A stretch of 64,000 nucleotides of DNA from an uncultured virus (IMG/VR IMGVR_UViG_3300002349_000003) (Duplodnaviria > Heunggongvirae > Uroviricota > Caudoviricetes). Location: the IMG/VR virus record IMGVR_UViG_3300002349_000003. One strand, given 5' to 3'. The position numbers were made by a program, and so were the translations under genes. How positions within the stretch are numbered: position 1 is the first letter of the stretch; the number at the start of each line of letters is the position of its first letter. Shown piece after piece: positions 1-10,036 of this stretch. The notes beneath the pieces are model-generated. The model did no database searches and was not told the origin of the DNA. It was given only the letters and a program-made list of their open reading frames with translations.

Positions 1-549
1 CAAGCCGATACTCCTAATAGAAATGGAAGAACTTATCCTAAGTCTATTATGGAATCAGAACTTCAAAAATACCAATCTTCTATAAAAGAAAAACGCTCAC
101 TTGGCGAACTTGGTCATCCAGATTCACCATCGCTTAATCTTGATAAAGTATCTCACTTGATTACTGAATTAAGATTTGATGGTAATGACATTGTTGGTAA
201 AGCTAAAATCCTTGATACTCCTATGGGTAAGATTGCTCAGAACTTTCTTGATGAAGGTGTTAAGTTAGGTGTATCTTCAAGAGGACTTGGTTCCGTTGTT
301 CGCAAAGGTAACATCAATGAAGTCCAAAATGATTTCAGATTGGCTACTGTAGATATTGTCCACGAACCAAGTGGTATTGACTGTTGGGTTAATGGTATCA
401 TGGAAGGTAAAGAATGGGTGTACGTTAATGGTGTCTTTACTGAACGCCATATTGATGATGCTCGCAAAGCAATTTCAGGTGCCAAATCTAGTTTAATAAA
501 TGAAGTATCACTGAAAGAATTTCAAAATTTCTTAACACGTATTAAGTAA
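1..549 (+). CDS. gp21: Prohead core protease (T4 gp21-like), 5'-truncated by window edge
   Basis: Frame open from base 1 (QADTPNRNGRTYP); motifs LGELGHP, ILDTPMG, GVSSRGLGS; upstream of scaffold and MCP. Confidence 0.95.
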   Translation, partial: QADTPNRNGRTYPKSIMESELQKYQSSIKEKRSLGELGHPDSPSLNLDKVSHLITELRFDGNDIVGKAKILDTPMGKIAQNFLDEGVKLGVSSRGLGSVVRKGNINEVQNDFRLATVDIVHEPSGIDCWVNGIMEGKEWVYVNGVFTERHIDDARKAISGAKSSLINEVSLKEFQNFLTRIK

Positions 550-568
550 CTATAACAAGGGAGACACA

Positions 569-2110
569 ATGTCTATAGAAGATAAAATTGCAGATTTATT
601 AAGAGAATCTGAAGCATTGCAAGTTGCTGAAGCATGCAAAACCAAAATGAAAGAACAAGATTGTGAAGATGAAGACGATTTAGATGAAGATTATATTCTT
701 GATTTAGATGAAGCATTTGCTGTACATAGACATGGAGGTTCTATAGGAAGTGGTGGTCCAACTCATTATAGCACTCATGAAACTAAAGAAGAAGCTAAAG
801 AAGAAGCTAAACGATTAAACAAAGGGTTGTCTCCTGGAGACAAGAAATATTATGGCATTAAATATAAAGTATCTCAGGTCAAAGGTGTTAAAGAAGGATA
901 TGAAGTTTTAGAACTTGATGAAGAACAACTTGACGAATTGTCTAAGAAAACTTTGGGTTCTTATGCTAAAAAAGCAAGTGGTAATATTGCAAATCATGCT
1001 TTACATGCAAATATTGCTATTAATAAAAATGATATTGCTAATACAGAATATCATTCTAGAAAATTAATGAAAAGAAAAGCTGGTGTTGGTAAAGCAATTG
1101 ATAAATTGACTAAAGAAGATTTTGAAGATTTTTCAGTTGAAGAATTAGAAGACTTTATGATGTCAGAAGATTATGAACAACTTGACGAATTGTCAAAAAA
1201 GACTTTAGGTTCTTATGTCAAGAAAGCATCTGATAAAATGAGAAATGCAGAATATTACAGTGGTTTGAATGATTCATCAAGTGCGGGTCATGGAACTTCT
1301 GAAAAAGATAAACAAAGATTTAGAGATACTGCTTCTAAACGTAGCAAAGGAATTAAAACCGCAGTCGACAAATTGACTAAAGAAGATATCGATGCCGATG
1401 TTGATGCTTTAATGAATGGCGAAAACCTTACAGAAGAATTCAGAGAAAAAGCTACTGCAATCTTTGAAGCTGCTGTAATGTCAAGAGTGACTCAAGAAGT
1501 TGAATCATTAGAAGAAGAATTCCAAGACCGCCTCGTAGAATACTATGAAGGTGCTAAAGAAGAAATTGTTGAAAAAGTTGATGGATACCTCAACTATGTT
1601 GTTGAGCAGTGGATGAATGATAATGAACTTGCCGTTACAACCGGCATTAAAAATGACATTCTTGAAGGATTTGTTAGTGGAATGAAAAATTTATTCCAAG
1701 AACATTATATTGAAGTTCCAGATGAAAAACTTGATCTTGTTGCTGAATTACAAGAATCAGTAGCTACTTTGGAATCTAAACTTGATGAATCTTTGGAATC
1801 GAATGTTACGATGTCTAAGTACATCAATTATGTAGAAAGAAATACAATCACAGAAGAATTCTGCAAATCAATGACTGATACTGAAGTAGAGAAATTCAAA
1901 TCTCTTGCTGAAGAATTGAGCTTTGAAGATTCAGACACATATTCTTCTAAATTGCAAATCATCAAAGAAAATTACTTTGGTAAAAAACCCACTGCTGGTA
2001 ATGTCCGTTCAATCGTAACTGATTCGCCAGTACAACTTACTGAAAGTGTACAAAACATTGATCCAAATGTAGCTCAATATTTAGAAACTTTTAACAGAAT
2101 TAAACTTTAA
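569..2110 (+). CDS. gp22: Prohead core scaffold protein (gp22-like) with inserted N-terminal modules
   Basis: C-terminal half FREKATAIFEAAV...VDGYLNYVVEQW...FQEHYIEVP; acidic; between gp21 and gp23; 513 aa with internal repeats. Confidence 0.9.
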   Translation: MSIEDKIADLLRESEALQVAEACKTKMKEQDCEDEDDLDEDYILDLDEAFAVHRHGGSIGSGGPTHYSTHETKEEAKEEAKRLNKGLSPGDKKYYGIKYKVSQVKGVKEGYEVLELDEEQLDELSKKTLGSYAKKASGNIANHALHANIAINKNDIANTEYHSRKLMKRKAGVGKAIDKLTKEDFEDFSVEELEDFMMSEDYEQLDELSKKTLGSYVKKASDKMRNAEYYSGLNDSSSAGHGTSEKDKQRFRDTASKRSKGIKTAVDKLTKEDIDADVDALMNGENLTEEFREKATAIFEAAVMSRVTQEVESLEEEFQDRLVEYYEGAKEEIVEKVDGYLNYVVEQWMNDNELAVTTGIKNDILEGFVSGMKNLFQEHYIEVPDEKLDLVAELQESVATLESKLDESLESNVTMSKYINYVERNTITEEFCKSMTDTEVEKFKSLAEELSFEDSDTYSSKLQIIKENYFGKKPTAGNVRSIVTDSPVQLTESVQNIDPNVAQYLETFNRIKL

Positions 2111-2128
2111 AATAAGGAAATTACAAAA

Positions 2129-3472
2129 ATGCAAACTCGTCCTGAATTAGTAAAAAAATGGGCTCCTATCTTAGAGCACGAATCTTTAAGTCCTATCAAA
2201 GACAACTACCGTAAAGAAGTTACTGCGGTATTATTAGAAAACCAAGAAAAAGCAATGCGTGAAGAAGGTTCAATGAGCATGGGCTTATATGAAACACACA
2301 ATAACGCTGGTGGTTCATCTATCGCTTTAGGTTCTGCTGGTTGGGCTGCTGGTGCAACTACTGCTGCCGTTCAAGGTTATGATCCAGTATTAATCTCATT
2401 AGTACGTCGTGCAATGCCACAAATGATCGCTTATGATATCTGTGGTGTTCAACCAATGACTCAACCTACCGGTTTGATTTTTGCTATGAAATCACGTTAC
2501 ACATCACAAAATGGTGCTGAAGCGTTGGTTAACGAAGCAAATACTCAATTCTCTGGTGCAACTACATTGTTTGACGGTACTGGTACTCCTGCTTCTGGTA
2601 CACAATCAGCATTAACAGATATCTTTAACGCTACTACAGGTTATGGTATGACTACTGCTGATGGCGAAGCAACTACTTTCGCTGAAATGGCATTCTCAAT
2701 CGAAAAAACATCTGTAACTGCTCAAACTCGTGCGTTGAAAGCAGAATACACAGATGAATTAGCACAAGATCTTAAATCAGTTCATGGTTTAGATGCCGCT
2801 GCTGAATTGAGCAACATCTTAACTCAAGAAATTCTTGCTGAAATCAACCGTGAAGTTGTTCGTCGCGTTTATATCTCTGCAAAAGTTGGTGCTCAAACTG
2901 GTACTGCTGTTGCTGGTTCATTCGATCTTGATATCGATTCAAATGGTCGTTGGTCAGTTGAAAAATTCAAAGGTTTATTGTTCCAAATTGAACGTGAAGC
3001 AAATGCTGTTGGCCAATTAACACGTCGTGGTAAAGCTAACTTCATCATCACTTCTGCTGACGTAGCATCTGCACTTGCTATGGCTGGTGTACTTGATTAT
3101 GCTCCTGCATTATCTACTTCATTGAATGTTGATGATACTTCAACAACTTTTGCTGGTATCTTAAACGGTCGTTATAAAGTTTATGTTGATCCATATGCTG
3201 CAAACAGTTCAGCTACACAATTCTTTGTTGCTGGTTATAAAGGTAGTTCAGCATTCGATGCTGGTTTATTCTACTGCCCATATGTACCATTGCAATTAGT
3301 TCGTGCAACTGATCCTAATACATTCCAACCAAAAATTGGCTTCAAAACTCGTTATGGTATTGCTAGCAATCCATTCGCTGTAGCTGATTATACAGGTCCA
3401 CAAGATCCAAATGGTTTGTATGCTAATGCAAACTCATATTATCGCAAAGTGGCCGTTGCTAACTTGATGTAG
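2129..3472 (+). CDS. gp23: Major capsid protein
   Basis: KKWAPIL, DPVLISLVRRAMP, CGVQPM, RALKAEY, FYCPYVPL, FQPKIGFKTRYG. Confidence 0.98.
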   Translation: MQTRPELVKKWAPILEHESLSPIKDNYRKEVTAVLLENQEKAMREEGSMSMGLYETHNNAGGSSIALGSAGWAAGATTAAVQGYDPVLISLVRRAMPQMIAYDICGVQPMTQPTGLIFAMKSRYTSQNGAEALVNEANTQFSGATTLFDGTGTPASGTQSALTDIFNATTGYGMTTADGEATTFAEMAFSIEKTSVTAQTRALKAEYTDELAQDLKSVHGLDAAAELSNILTQEILAEINREVVRRVYISAKVGAQTGTAVAGSFDLDIDSNGRWSVEKFKGLLFQIEREANAVGQLTRRGKANFIITSADVASALAMAGVLDYAPALSTSLNVDDTSTTFAGILNGRYKVYVDPYAANSSATQFFVAGYKGSSAFDAGLFYCPYVPLQLVRATDPNTFQPKIGFKTRYGIASNPFAVADYTGPQDPNGLYANANSYYRKVAVANLM

Positions 3473-3497
3473 GATTGAAATAAATCTGCATTAACTG

Positions 3498-3522
3498 AAA
3501 GGAGTCTTCGGACTCCTTTTTT
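3498..3522 (+). terminator. Intrinsic terminator with C(UUCG)G-type tetraloop after gp23
   Basis: AAAGGAGTC-TTCG-GACTCCTTT followed by T run. Confidence 0.92.
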
Positions 3523-3529
3523 ATTGTCT

Positions 3530-3537
3530 AATAAATA
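3530..3537 (+). promoter_or_regulatory. T4-type late promoter (TATAAATA variant)
   Basis: AATAAATA upstream of gp3; similar (A/G/T)ATAAATA boxes near 21899, 25044, 25593, 30374 and 42028, and on the minus strand at 19217 and 62591. Confidence 0.65.
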
Positions 3538-3561
3538 GTTCAAACATCGTAAGGAACTATT

Positions 3562-4086
3562 ATGGCAATCTCTCTTATACCAGAAAATCTAAATCCATTA
3601 TCTCCTAATGGATTCCAATTTGTTATTCAGAAAATACCTGAAATGGTTTACTTTACTCAAGAAGTACCATTGCCAGGCATATCACTTCCTAGAATGGATA
3701 TGGATACTCCATTCACTCAGATAAAACTTCCTAGTACTAAAATGGAATTCGAACCATTGACTATTAATTTCCTAGTTGATGAGAATATGGCAAACTATCT
3801 TGCTATCTTTAACTGGATTGCTGGATTAGGTCATCCTCAAGAATATGAACAGTACACTTCATTTCAAAATAGAAATCCAAAGTTTGTTATGTCTGATTCA
3901 GCAAGAAACTTTTCAGACGGCACACTTGAGATTTTAGGTTCAAATAACACGGTGGTCCAAACAGTAAGATTTGTTGATTTGATTCCTACTAATCTGTCAG
4001 GATTAACTTTTGCTACTACTAACACAGACGTCACATATATAACTGCATCAGCTACATTTGAATACACATACTTTATTTTTGAGTAA
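3562..4086 (+). CDS. gp3: Tail completion/sheath stabiliser (gp3-like, tail-tube fold)
   Basis: NPLSPNGFQF, FLVDENMANY..IFNW; position between gp23 and uvsY. Confidence 0.8.
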   Translation: MAISLIPENLNPLSPNGFQFVIQKIPEMVYFTQEVPLPGISLPRMDMDTPFTQIKLPSTKMEFEPLTINFLVDENMANYLAIFNWIAGLGHPQEYEQYTSFQNRNPKFVMSDSARNFSDGTLEILGSNNTVVQTVRFVDLIPTNLSGLTFATTNTDVTYITASATFEYTYFIFE

Positions 4087-4101
4087 ATTATTGGAGATAT
4101 T

Positions 4102-4539
4102 ATGACACTTGATGAAATCCAAGCAAATTGGGAAATTGACTGTGAAATCAATAACGACCACCTAGATACGGAATCTGTAAAAACTGCAAAACTTCACGCC
4201 AAATATATTAGACTACTAATTGACGCCAAACTTAGATTAAGTAAAATTAAAAATGATTTTGTTGTATTAAAGAAAACTAAATTTCGTTATTATCGTGGTG
4301 AATTATCTCGTCAAGAATTAATAGATTTAGGATGGGAACAATGGCAATATGCAAAACCATTAAAAAATGAAATGGAACAATTGCTAGAAGGTGATACTGA
4401 AATTGCTAATATGAAATTAAAAATAGAATATATTGATACTATGATTTATCTTTTAGAATCGATTCTAAAATCAATTTCTGATAGAACATGGTCAATTAAA
4501 AATTCTATTGGTTTCAAACAATTTCTAGCTGGTGCATAA
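4102..4539 (+). CDS. uvsY: Recombination mediator UvsY
   Basis: LHAKY, YYRG, RTWSIKNSI..F.AG; precedes uvsW. Confidence 0.9.
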   Translation: MTLDEIQANWEIDCEINNDHLDTESVKTAKLHAKYIRLLIDAKLRLSKIKNDFVVLKKTKFRYYRGELSRQELIDLGWEQWQYAKPLKNEMEQLLEGDTEIANMKLKIEYIDTMIYLLESILKSISDRTWSIKNSIGFKQFLAGA

Positions 4540-6023
4540 TGACAATTATTAAAGTCGAAAAATACAATGAAGCCTTTATTAGAATATTCTCTGACAGAGG
4601 AGTTGAACAGGAACTTTCAGAGTTTTTTAAATTTGCTGTTCCTGGAGCAAAGTACATGCCTAAATTTAAAGCCAAAATATGGGATGGATATTGCAGACTT
4701 TATAATACTCAAACAAAAACCCTATATGCTGGACTAATAAATTATGTAAAAGAATTTGCAGAAAGAAATGATTATGAATTACAAATTGATGACGGAATTA
4801 CTTACGACAATGGAATAAAGCTAAATCATGTAGAAGACTTTGCTAAATTATTGAAACTTCATTCAAAGAATAAGCCAATAGAATTACGCGATTATCAATT
4901 CAATGCAATACATAAGGCATTGAATGAATGCAGAACATTATTGATAAGTCCTACTTCAAGTGGAAAATCAGCAATCATTTACACTCTAATAAGATGGTTC
5001 ACTGCAAAGAATTTAAAGTGTCTAATAATCGTTCCTAATACGTCATTAGTAGAACAATTATACTCAGATTTTGAGGATTATTCTTCTCATAATGGTTGGT
5101 CAATTGAGAACAACTGTCAAAAATTATATTCAGGGCTGTCTAAGGATTTCAAAAAAAACGTACTATTAACAACATGGCAATCAACATTTAAATTGTCCAA
5201 AGAATGGTGTAATCAATTTGACGTAGTAATTTCAGATGAAGCACATTTAGCAAAGGCTACAAGTCAAACTTCAATGTTTGAAAAAATGACAGATGTAAAG
5301 TATAGAATTGGAACTACTGGTACAATAGACAATACACAAATTTCACAACTTCAATTAGAAGGAATACTTGGTCCAGTTCACCGAGTAATTACTACTAAAG
5401 AATTAATGGATTCAAACCGAGTAGTCAATCTTTCTATAAAATGTTTGTTGTTAAAATACCCTGAAGAAATTAGAAAGATTATGTGCTCTGCTAAATACCA
5501 AGCAGAAATGGACTATATTATTTCAAATGAAAAACGTAATAAATTCATAGTTAATTTAGCATTACAACAGTCAGGAAATACTCTAATACTTTTCCAATTT
5601 GTTGAGAAACATGGAAAAGTATTACAAAAAATGATTAATGAAAAAATAGACAACAATAGAAAAGTTTATTATATAAGTGGTGAAACTGCTACAGAAGAAA
5701 GAGAACTAATAAGACATACTGCTGAAAAAGAATCTAATGCTATTATTCTTGCAAGTTTTGGAACAATGTCTACTGGTGTAAATATGCCATCAATAGAAAA
5801 TATTATCTTCTCTAGTCCTTCAAAATCAAAAATTAGAAATTTACAATCCATTGGTAGAGGACTAAGATTAAAAGAAGGAAAGAATAGTTGTAATCTGTAT
5901 GACATTGCTGATAACTTTTCTTATAAATCAAAATCTAATCATACTTTAGGTCATTTAGCAGAAAGAATTAAGACTTATACAAATGAAGAATTTGATATGA
6001 AAATTATTAATATTAATCTTTAA
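4539..6023 (+). CDS. uvsW: SF2 DNA/RNA helicase UvsW
   Basis: LRDYQ, SPTSSGKS, DEAH, QSIGRGLR. Confidence 0.95.
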   Translation: MTIIKVEKYNEAFIRIFSDRGVEQELSEFFKFAVPGAKYMPKFKAKIWDGYCRLYNTQTKTLYAGLINYVKEFAERNDYELQIDDGITYDNGIKLNHVEDFAKLLKLHSKNKPIELRDYQFNAIHKALNECRTLLISPTSSGKSAIIYTLIRWFTAKNLKCLIIVPNTSLVEQLYSDFEDYSSHNGWSIENNCQKLYSGLSKDFKKNVLLTTWQSTFKLSKEWCNQFDVVISDEAHLAKATSQTSMFEKMTDVKYRIGTTGTIDNTQISQLQLEGILGPVHRVITTKELMDSNRVVNLSIKCLLLKYPEEIRKIMCSAKYQAEMDYIISNEKRNKFIVNLALQQSGNTLILFQFVEKHGKVLQKMINEKIDNNRKVYYISGETATEERELIRHTAEKESNAIILASFGTMSTGVNMPSIENIIFSSPSKSKIRNLQSIGRGLRLKEGKNSCNLYDIADNFSYKSKSNHTLGHLAERIKTYTNEEFDMKIININL

Positions 6024-6085
6024 TTAGTATTGATAAAACCAGTTAATAGAATTATACATCATTTCCGGTCAAAAGTAAACATTAT
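6021..6085 (-). promoter_or_regulatory. Antisense early-type promoter, copy 1 of a ~63-bp repeat
   Basis: Minus strand GTTTAC-N18-TATAAT; similar copy at 32839-32901. Confidence 0.7.
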
Positions 6086-6365
6086 GAAATAATTATTTTT
6101 AATGAAAATGGTAACTTTAATATAAGTTAATGATATGTAATGGATTTATTCAGAACGGGTCAACCAGACACACTTTTTTAAAAATAAGACATATATTCCA
6201 TCATCTTCAAGAAAATCATGAAAAACTAGTCCCTAAGTCAATGATTCTATTACTAGTAATTTCATGAAAAACACACGGTTCTGACTATCTTACGAAAATC
6301 ATAATGTTTACAAATGTGTGTTTGTATTATATAATAAAGAATACAAAACTAATTGGAGTTATATC

Positions 6366-6908
6366 ATGGCAGATTATATAGACAACAAAGCCTTCTATGA
6401 AGCTATTGTAGAAAGAAAACAACTATTAAAATTATCAGAGGAACGGGGTCTTCCTAAACCGGTCATTACTGAATACCTTGGTGAATGCATCTTACTAATC
6501 GCCTCAAAATTAGCAGCAAAAGGCAATTTTAATGGTTATTCATTCAAAGACGAAATGATTTCTGATGCTATTGAAAACTGTATACTATACTTTGATAAAT
6601 TCGATCACGAAAAATATTCTAATCCATTTGCATACTTTACTCAAATAGTCTATTTTGCTTATCTTAGAAGAATTGCAAAAGAAAAACATCAATTTCTTCT
6701 TAAACACAAAATTATACAATCTGTTGGAAATAAAGTCTTAGATCTGCAGGGGCATGATGACGACATAGAATTTGTGAATTCTTACAGAGAATTCTTACAA
6801 CAATTTTCTAATGTTGAACAACCAGAAGTATTAAAAAAAGATAAAGTATTAAAAGAGAAATTATTAAGCACTTCTACTCTTGATTCATTATACGGAGAAT
6901 TAGTATGA
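6366..6908 (+). CDS. gp55: Late transcription sigma factor
   Basis: YIDNKAF, EMISDAIENC, NPFAYFTQI..AYLRRIAKEK; GGAG SD before ATG 6366. Confidence 0.95.
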   Translation: MADYIDNKAFYEAIVERKQLLKLSEERGLPKPVITEYLGECILLIASKLAAKGNFNGYSFKDEMISDAIENCILYFDKFDHEKYSNPFAYFTQIVYFAYLRRIAKEKHQFLLKHKIIQSVGNKVLDLQGHDDDIEFVNSYREFLQQFSNVEQPEVLKKDKVLKEKLLSTSTLDSLYGELV

Positions 6909-7960
6909 AGATTGCTATTCTTGGTGATACTCATTTTGGTGTACGGAATGGAAGTCCTGCTTTCCATGAATTATTCGAATCATTCTATTCTGAATTGTTT
7001 ATTCCATACTTAAAAGAAAATAACATCACCCAAGTATTCCAATTGGGTGACCTATTTGACCAACGTAAAAAAATCGATTTCAATTCTCTGTCTGAATGCA
7101 AAAGATATTTCTTTCAACCTCTAGAAGAAGCCGGAATAGAACTATCTACACTGTTAGGCAATCACGACTTGTACTTTCGTGAATCACTTAAAATCAGTTC
7201 AACTGGTCTGATTCTTGGTGAATTTTCTAACATCAATGTCTATGATGATATTGAAACTGTTATTTTAGGTGACGGAACCACTATTGATATTATTCCCTGG
7301 ATATGTAAAGAAAACGAAGAAAAATTTATAAATTATGTAAAGAAAAGTAAATCAGATCTATGTTTTGGGCATTTCGAAATACAAAACTTCGCAATGTATA
7401 AAAATATGGAATCTCAACACGGAATCCCTTCTTCTCTATTTGAAAGATATGAAGGAGTTTATTCTGGTCATTATCACACAAAATCATCAAGAGACAATAT
7501 TCATTATGTTGGCACTCCTTATGAAATGACTTGGTCTGACTATAATGATCCTAAAGGTTTCCATGTATTTGATACAGTAACTAGGAAATTAGAATTTATA
7601 GAAAGCCAATTTACAATTTTCCATAGACATGAATATAATGATGAAATAAATGATTATTCTAAATTTGACATTACTAATTTCCAAAAGAAATATATCAAAT
7701 TAGTAGTTGAAAACAAAACTGACTTTTATAAATTTGACCAATTTATTAACAAGTTATATGACTCTAATATTCATGAACTAAAAATACTAGAAGACCTTTC
7801 AGACTTCTCTGAAGGAGATATTGATTCGGAATCCATCAATATAGAAAATACTCTTGATGTATTAGAAAATTATATTGATTCTATTGCCGATGAATCTAAC
7901 AAGTCTGATATTAAACTATTTCTTAGAACGTTATATTTGGAAGCTCAGGAGTCATTATGA
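6905..7960 (+). CDS. gp47: Recombination endonuclease subunit (Mre11-like)
   Basis: GDTHFG, GDLFD, GNHD, SGHYH metallophosphoesterase motifs. Confidence 0.95.
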   Translation: MKIAILGDTHFGVRNGSPAFHELFESFYSELFIPYLKENNITQVFQLGDLFDQRKKIDFNSLSECKRYFFQPLEEAGIELSTLLGNHDLYFRESLKISSTGLILGEFSNINVYDDIETVILGDGTTIDIIPWICKENEEKFINYVKKSKSDLCFGHFEIQNFAMYKNMESQHGIPSSLFERYEGVYSGHYHTKSSRDNIHYVGTPYEMTWSDYNDPKGFHVFDTVTRKLEFIESQFTIFHRHEYNDEINDYSKFDITNFQKKYIKLVVENKTDFYKFDQFINKLYDSNIHELKILEDLSDFSEGDIDSESINIENTLDVLENYIDSIADESNKSDIKLFLRTLYLEAQESL

Positions 7961-9669
7961 TACAGTTCAAGTCAATAGAATGGTCAAATTTATTATCAAC
8001 CGGTAATGTTCCTAATAGAATCCAATTAGATAGTCATAACACTACTCTTATTATTGGAAAAAATGGTAATGGAAAATCGACAGTTCTTGACGCATTAACT
8101 TTCGTGTTATTCGGGAAATCATTCAGAAGCATTAGCAAGAACCAATTGATAAATTCCATCAATGGAAAAAATACTAAAGTTTCGGTAGAATTTGATACAA
8201 ATGGAAGTTCTTACAAAGTAATTCGTGGAATAAAACCAAACATTTTTGAAATATACAAAAATGAAGAATTATTAACACAAGACGCCGCATTAAAAGATTA
8301 TCAACTAATCCTTGAACAACAAATTCTTAAAATGAATTATAGAGCATTCACTCAAGTGGTAATTCTTGGTTCATCATCATTCGTTCCTTTCATGCAATTA
8401 TCAACAGGGAATCGAAGAGAAGTCATAGAAGATATTCTTGACATACGAATTTTTAGTACTATGAATTCTTTACTAAAAGAAAAAATCCAAACCACTAAAA
8501 GAGAATTGGAATTAGTAGACAATACTATTAATAGATCAAAGTCTGAAATTGAAAGCCAAAAGTCCATAATAAAGAATTTAGAAACTAGCAAAAATAAACA
8601 TGTTGATAGTATCAGAACCCGAATAGATAGTAATATTACTGAGATTAACGATACTAATGAATCTATATCAAAAATTGAATCTGAAGTTGATTCATTAGTA
8701 ATGAGCATATCCGATGCAAATACAATCACTGAAGTCATATCACATGCTAAATCTTTATTAAGAACTCATACTCATAATAATGATCTATTGGATAAGACTA
8801 TAAAATTCTTTGACAATAATGAAAACTGTCCTCAGTGTTCACAGGAAATTCCTCATGAACATAAATTTTCCATAAAGGACAATCTAGTCTTAGAATATGA
8901 AATGAACAAATCAGAAATTGAAAGCATAACTTCAGAGATTACTAGTTATGTTCAAAGACAAAAAGAAATAGAGCAAATAGATAATAAAATTCGTCAATTG
9001 AGAAATGAAATATATACTTACAATTCAAAATTAGAAATATTAACTTCTCAAAACATATCACTACAATCTGACATTGATAACCTTCAATTAGACAAGGGTG
9101 ATATAGATAAAGAGAAATTAAAATTAAAAGAATTAGCAAACATTGCTATGGAAAATGTTAAACAAAAAACTTCTCTACAAGAAAGAAGAAATATTGAAGA
9201 CATATCATCAATTCTTTTAAAAGATACTGGTATAAAATCTGCAGTTATTCGTGAATACTTACCAGTAATGAATACACTAATAAATAAGTACCTTTCTGCA
9301 ATGGATTTTTATGTTAAATTTGAACTTGATGAAACATTCTCAGAAACTATAAAATCAAGACACCGCGACGATTTTACATATTCTAGCTTTTCTGAAGGTG
9401 AAAAGAATCGCATAGATTTAGCATTACTGTTTGCATGGAGAGAAATAGCAAAACTTAAGAACTCTGCAAATACTAATCTATTATTACTGGATGAGGTATT
9501 AGATGGTAGTCTTGATGTTAATGGTACAGATTTCATTATAAATTTATTGACTCAACTTGGTGATATTTGTAATGTGTTCGTTATTAGCCACAATATAGAT
9601 CAAATAGTCGATAAATTTGACAGAGTATTAACCGTAGAAAAAAGAAATGATTTTAGTGTAATTATTTGA
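7957..9669 (+). CDS. gp46: Recombination ATPase subunit (Rad50-like)
   Basis: GKNGNGKST, CPQC hook, FSEGEK, LLLDEVLD. Confidence 0.95.
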   Translation: MIQFKSIEWSNLLSTGNVPNRIQLDSHNTTLIIGKNGNGKSTVLDALTFVLFGKSFRSISKNQLINSINGKNTKVSVEFDTNGSSYKVIRGIKPNIFEIYKNEELLTQDAALKDYQLILEQQILKMNYRAFTQVVILGSSSFVPFMQLSTGNRREVIEDILDIRIFSTMNSLLKEKIQTTKRELELVDNTINRSKSEIESQKSIIKNLETSKNKHVDSIRTRIDSNITEINDTNESISKIESEVDSLVMSISDANTITEVISHAKSLLRTHTHNNDLLDKTIKFFDNNENCPQCSQEIPHEHKFSIKDNLVLEYEMNKSEIESITSEITSYVQRQKEIEQIDNKIRQLRNEIYTYNSKLEILTSQNISLQSDIDNLQLDKGDIDKEKLKLKELANIAMENVKQKTSLQERRNIEDISSILLKDTGIKSAVIREYLPVMNTLINKYLSAMDFYVKFELDETFSETIKSRHRDDFTYSSFSEGEKNRIDLALLFAWREIAKLKNSANTNLLLLDEVLDGSLDVNGTDFIINLLTQLGDICNVFVISHNIDQIVDKFDRVLTVEKRNDFSVII

Positions 9670-9676
9670 AAATAAA

Positions 9677-9706
9677 TGTTTACTTTTCGATAAGCATATA
9701 GTATAA
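9677..9706 (+). promoter_or_regulatory. Early promoter (representative of a recurring family)
   Basis: GTTTAC-N18-TATAAT; GT(G/T)TAC...TATAAT recurs near 6307, 10718, 11473, 15524, 20973, 23346, 32972, 44457, 47513, 50399, 51837, 54363, 54722, 57751, 59157. Confidence 0.75.
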
Positions 9707-9744
9707 TAGACTCATATTAAATAACCATGAAGAGTAATTAAATT

Positions 9745-9948
9745 ATGAAAACCCAAACTGTAGAAGCTGAAGTTTTAGAAGTAAGAGCTTATATGACAAG
9801 CAAATCATATACTGCAAAAGTTTATATTCCAATCGAAGGTTGTCTCTCAATGGACAAGATGTACTTCAATGGTAATACTAAAACTGAAGCAAAACAAAAA
9901 GCAAGAAATACTTTAAAAGTTAAAGGTTTTGCTGTAAAGTTTGTATAA
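9745..9948 (+). CDS. Small early hypothetical protein
   Basis: ORF directly behind an early promoter and SD. Confidence 0.6.
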   Translation: MKTQTVEAEVLEVRAYMTSKSYTAKVYIPIEGCLSMDKMYFNGNTKTEAKQKARNTLKVKGFAVKFV

Positions 9949-9956
9949 GGAATAGA

Positions 9957-10033
9957 GGGCCTCTAGCTCAATTGGTTAGAGCATCCGACTCATAATCGGC
10001 AGGTTTCAGGTTCAAGTCCTGAGTGGCCCACCA
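9957..10033 (+). tRNA. tRNA with CAT anticodon, probably Ile2 (lysidine type) rather than Met
   Basis: Cloverleaf, CCGAC-TCATAA-TCGG anticodon arm, GGTTCAAGTCC T arm, encoded CCA. Confidence 0.85.
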
Positions 10034-10036
10034 AAT

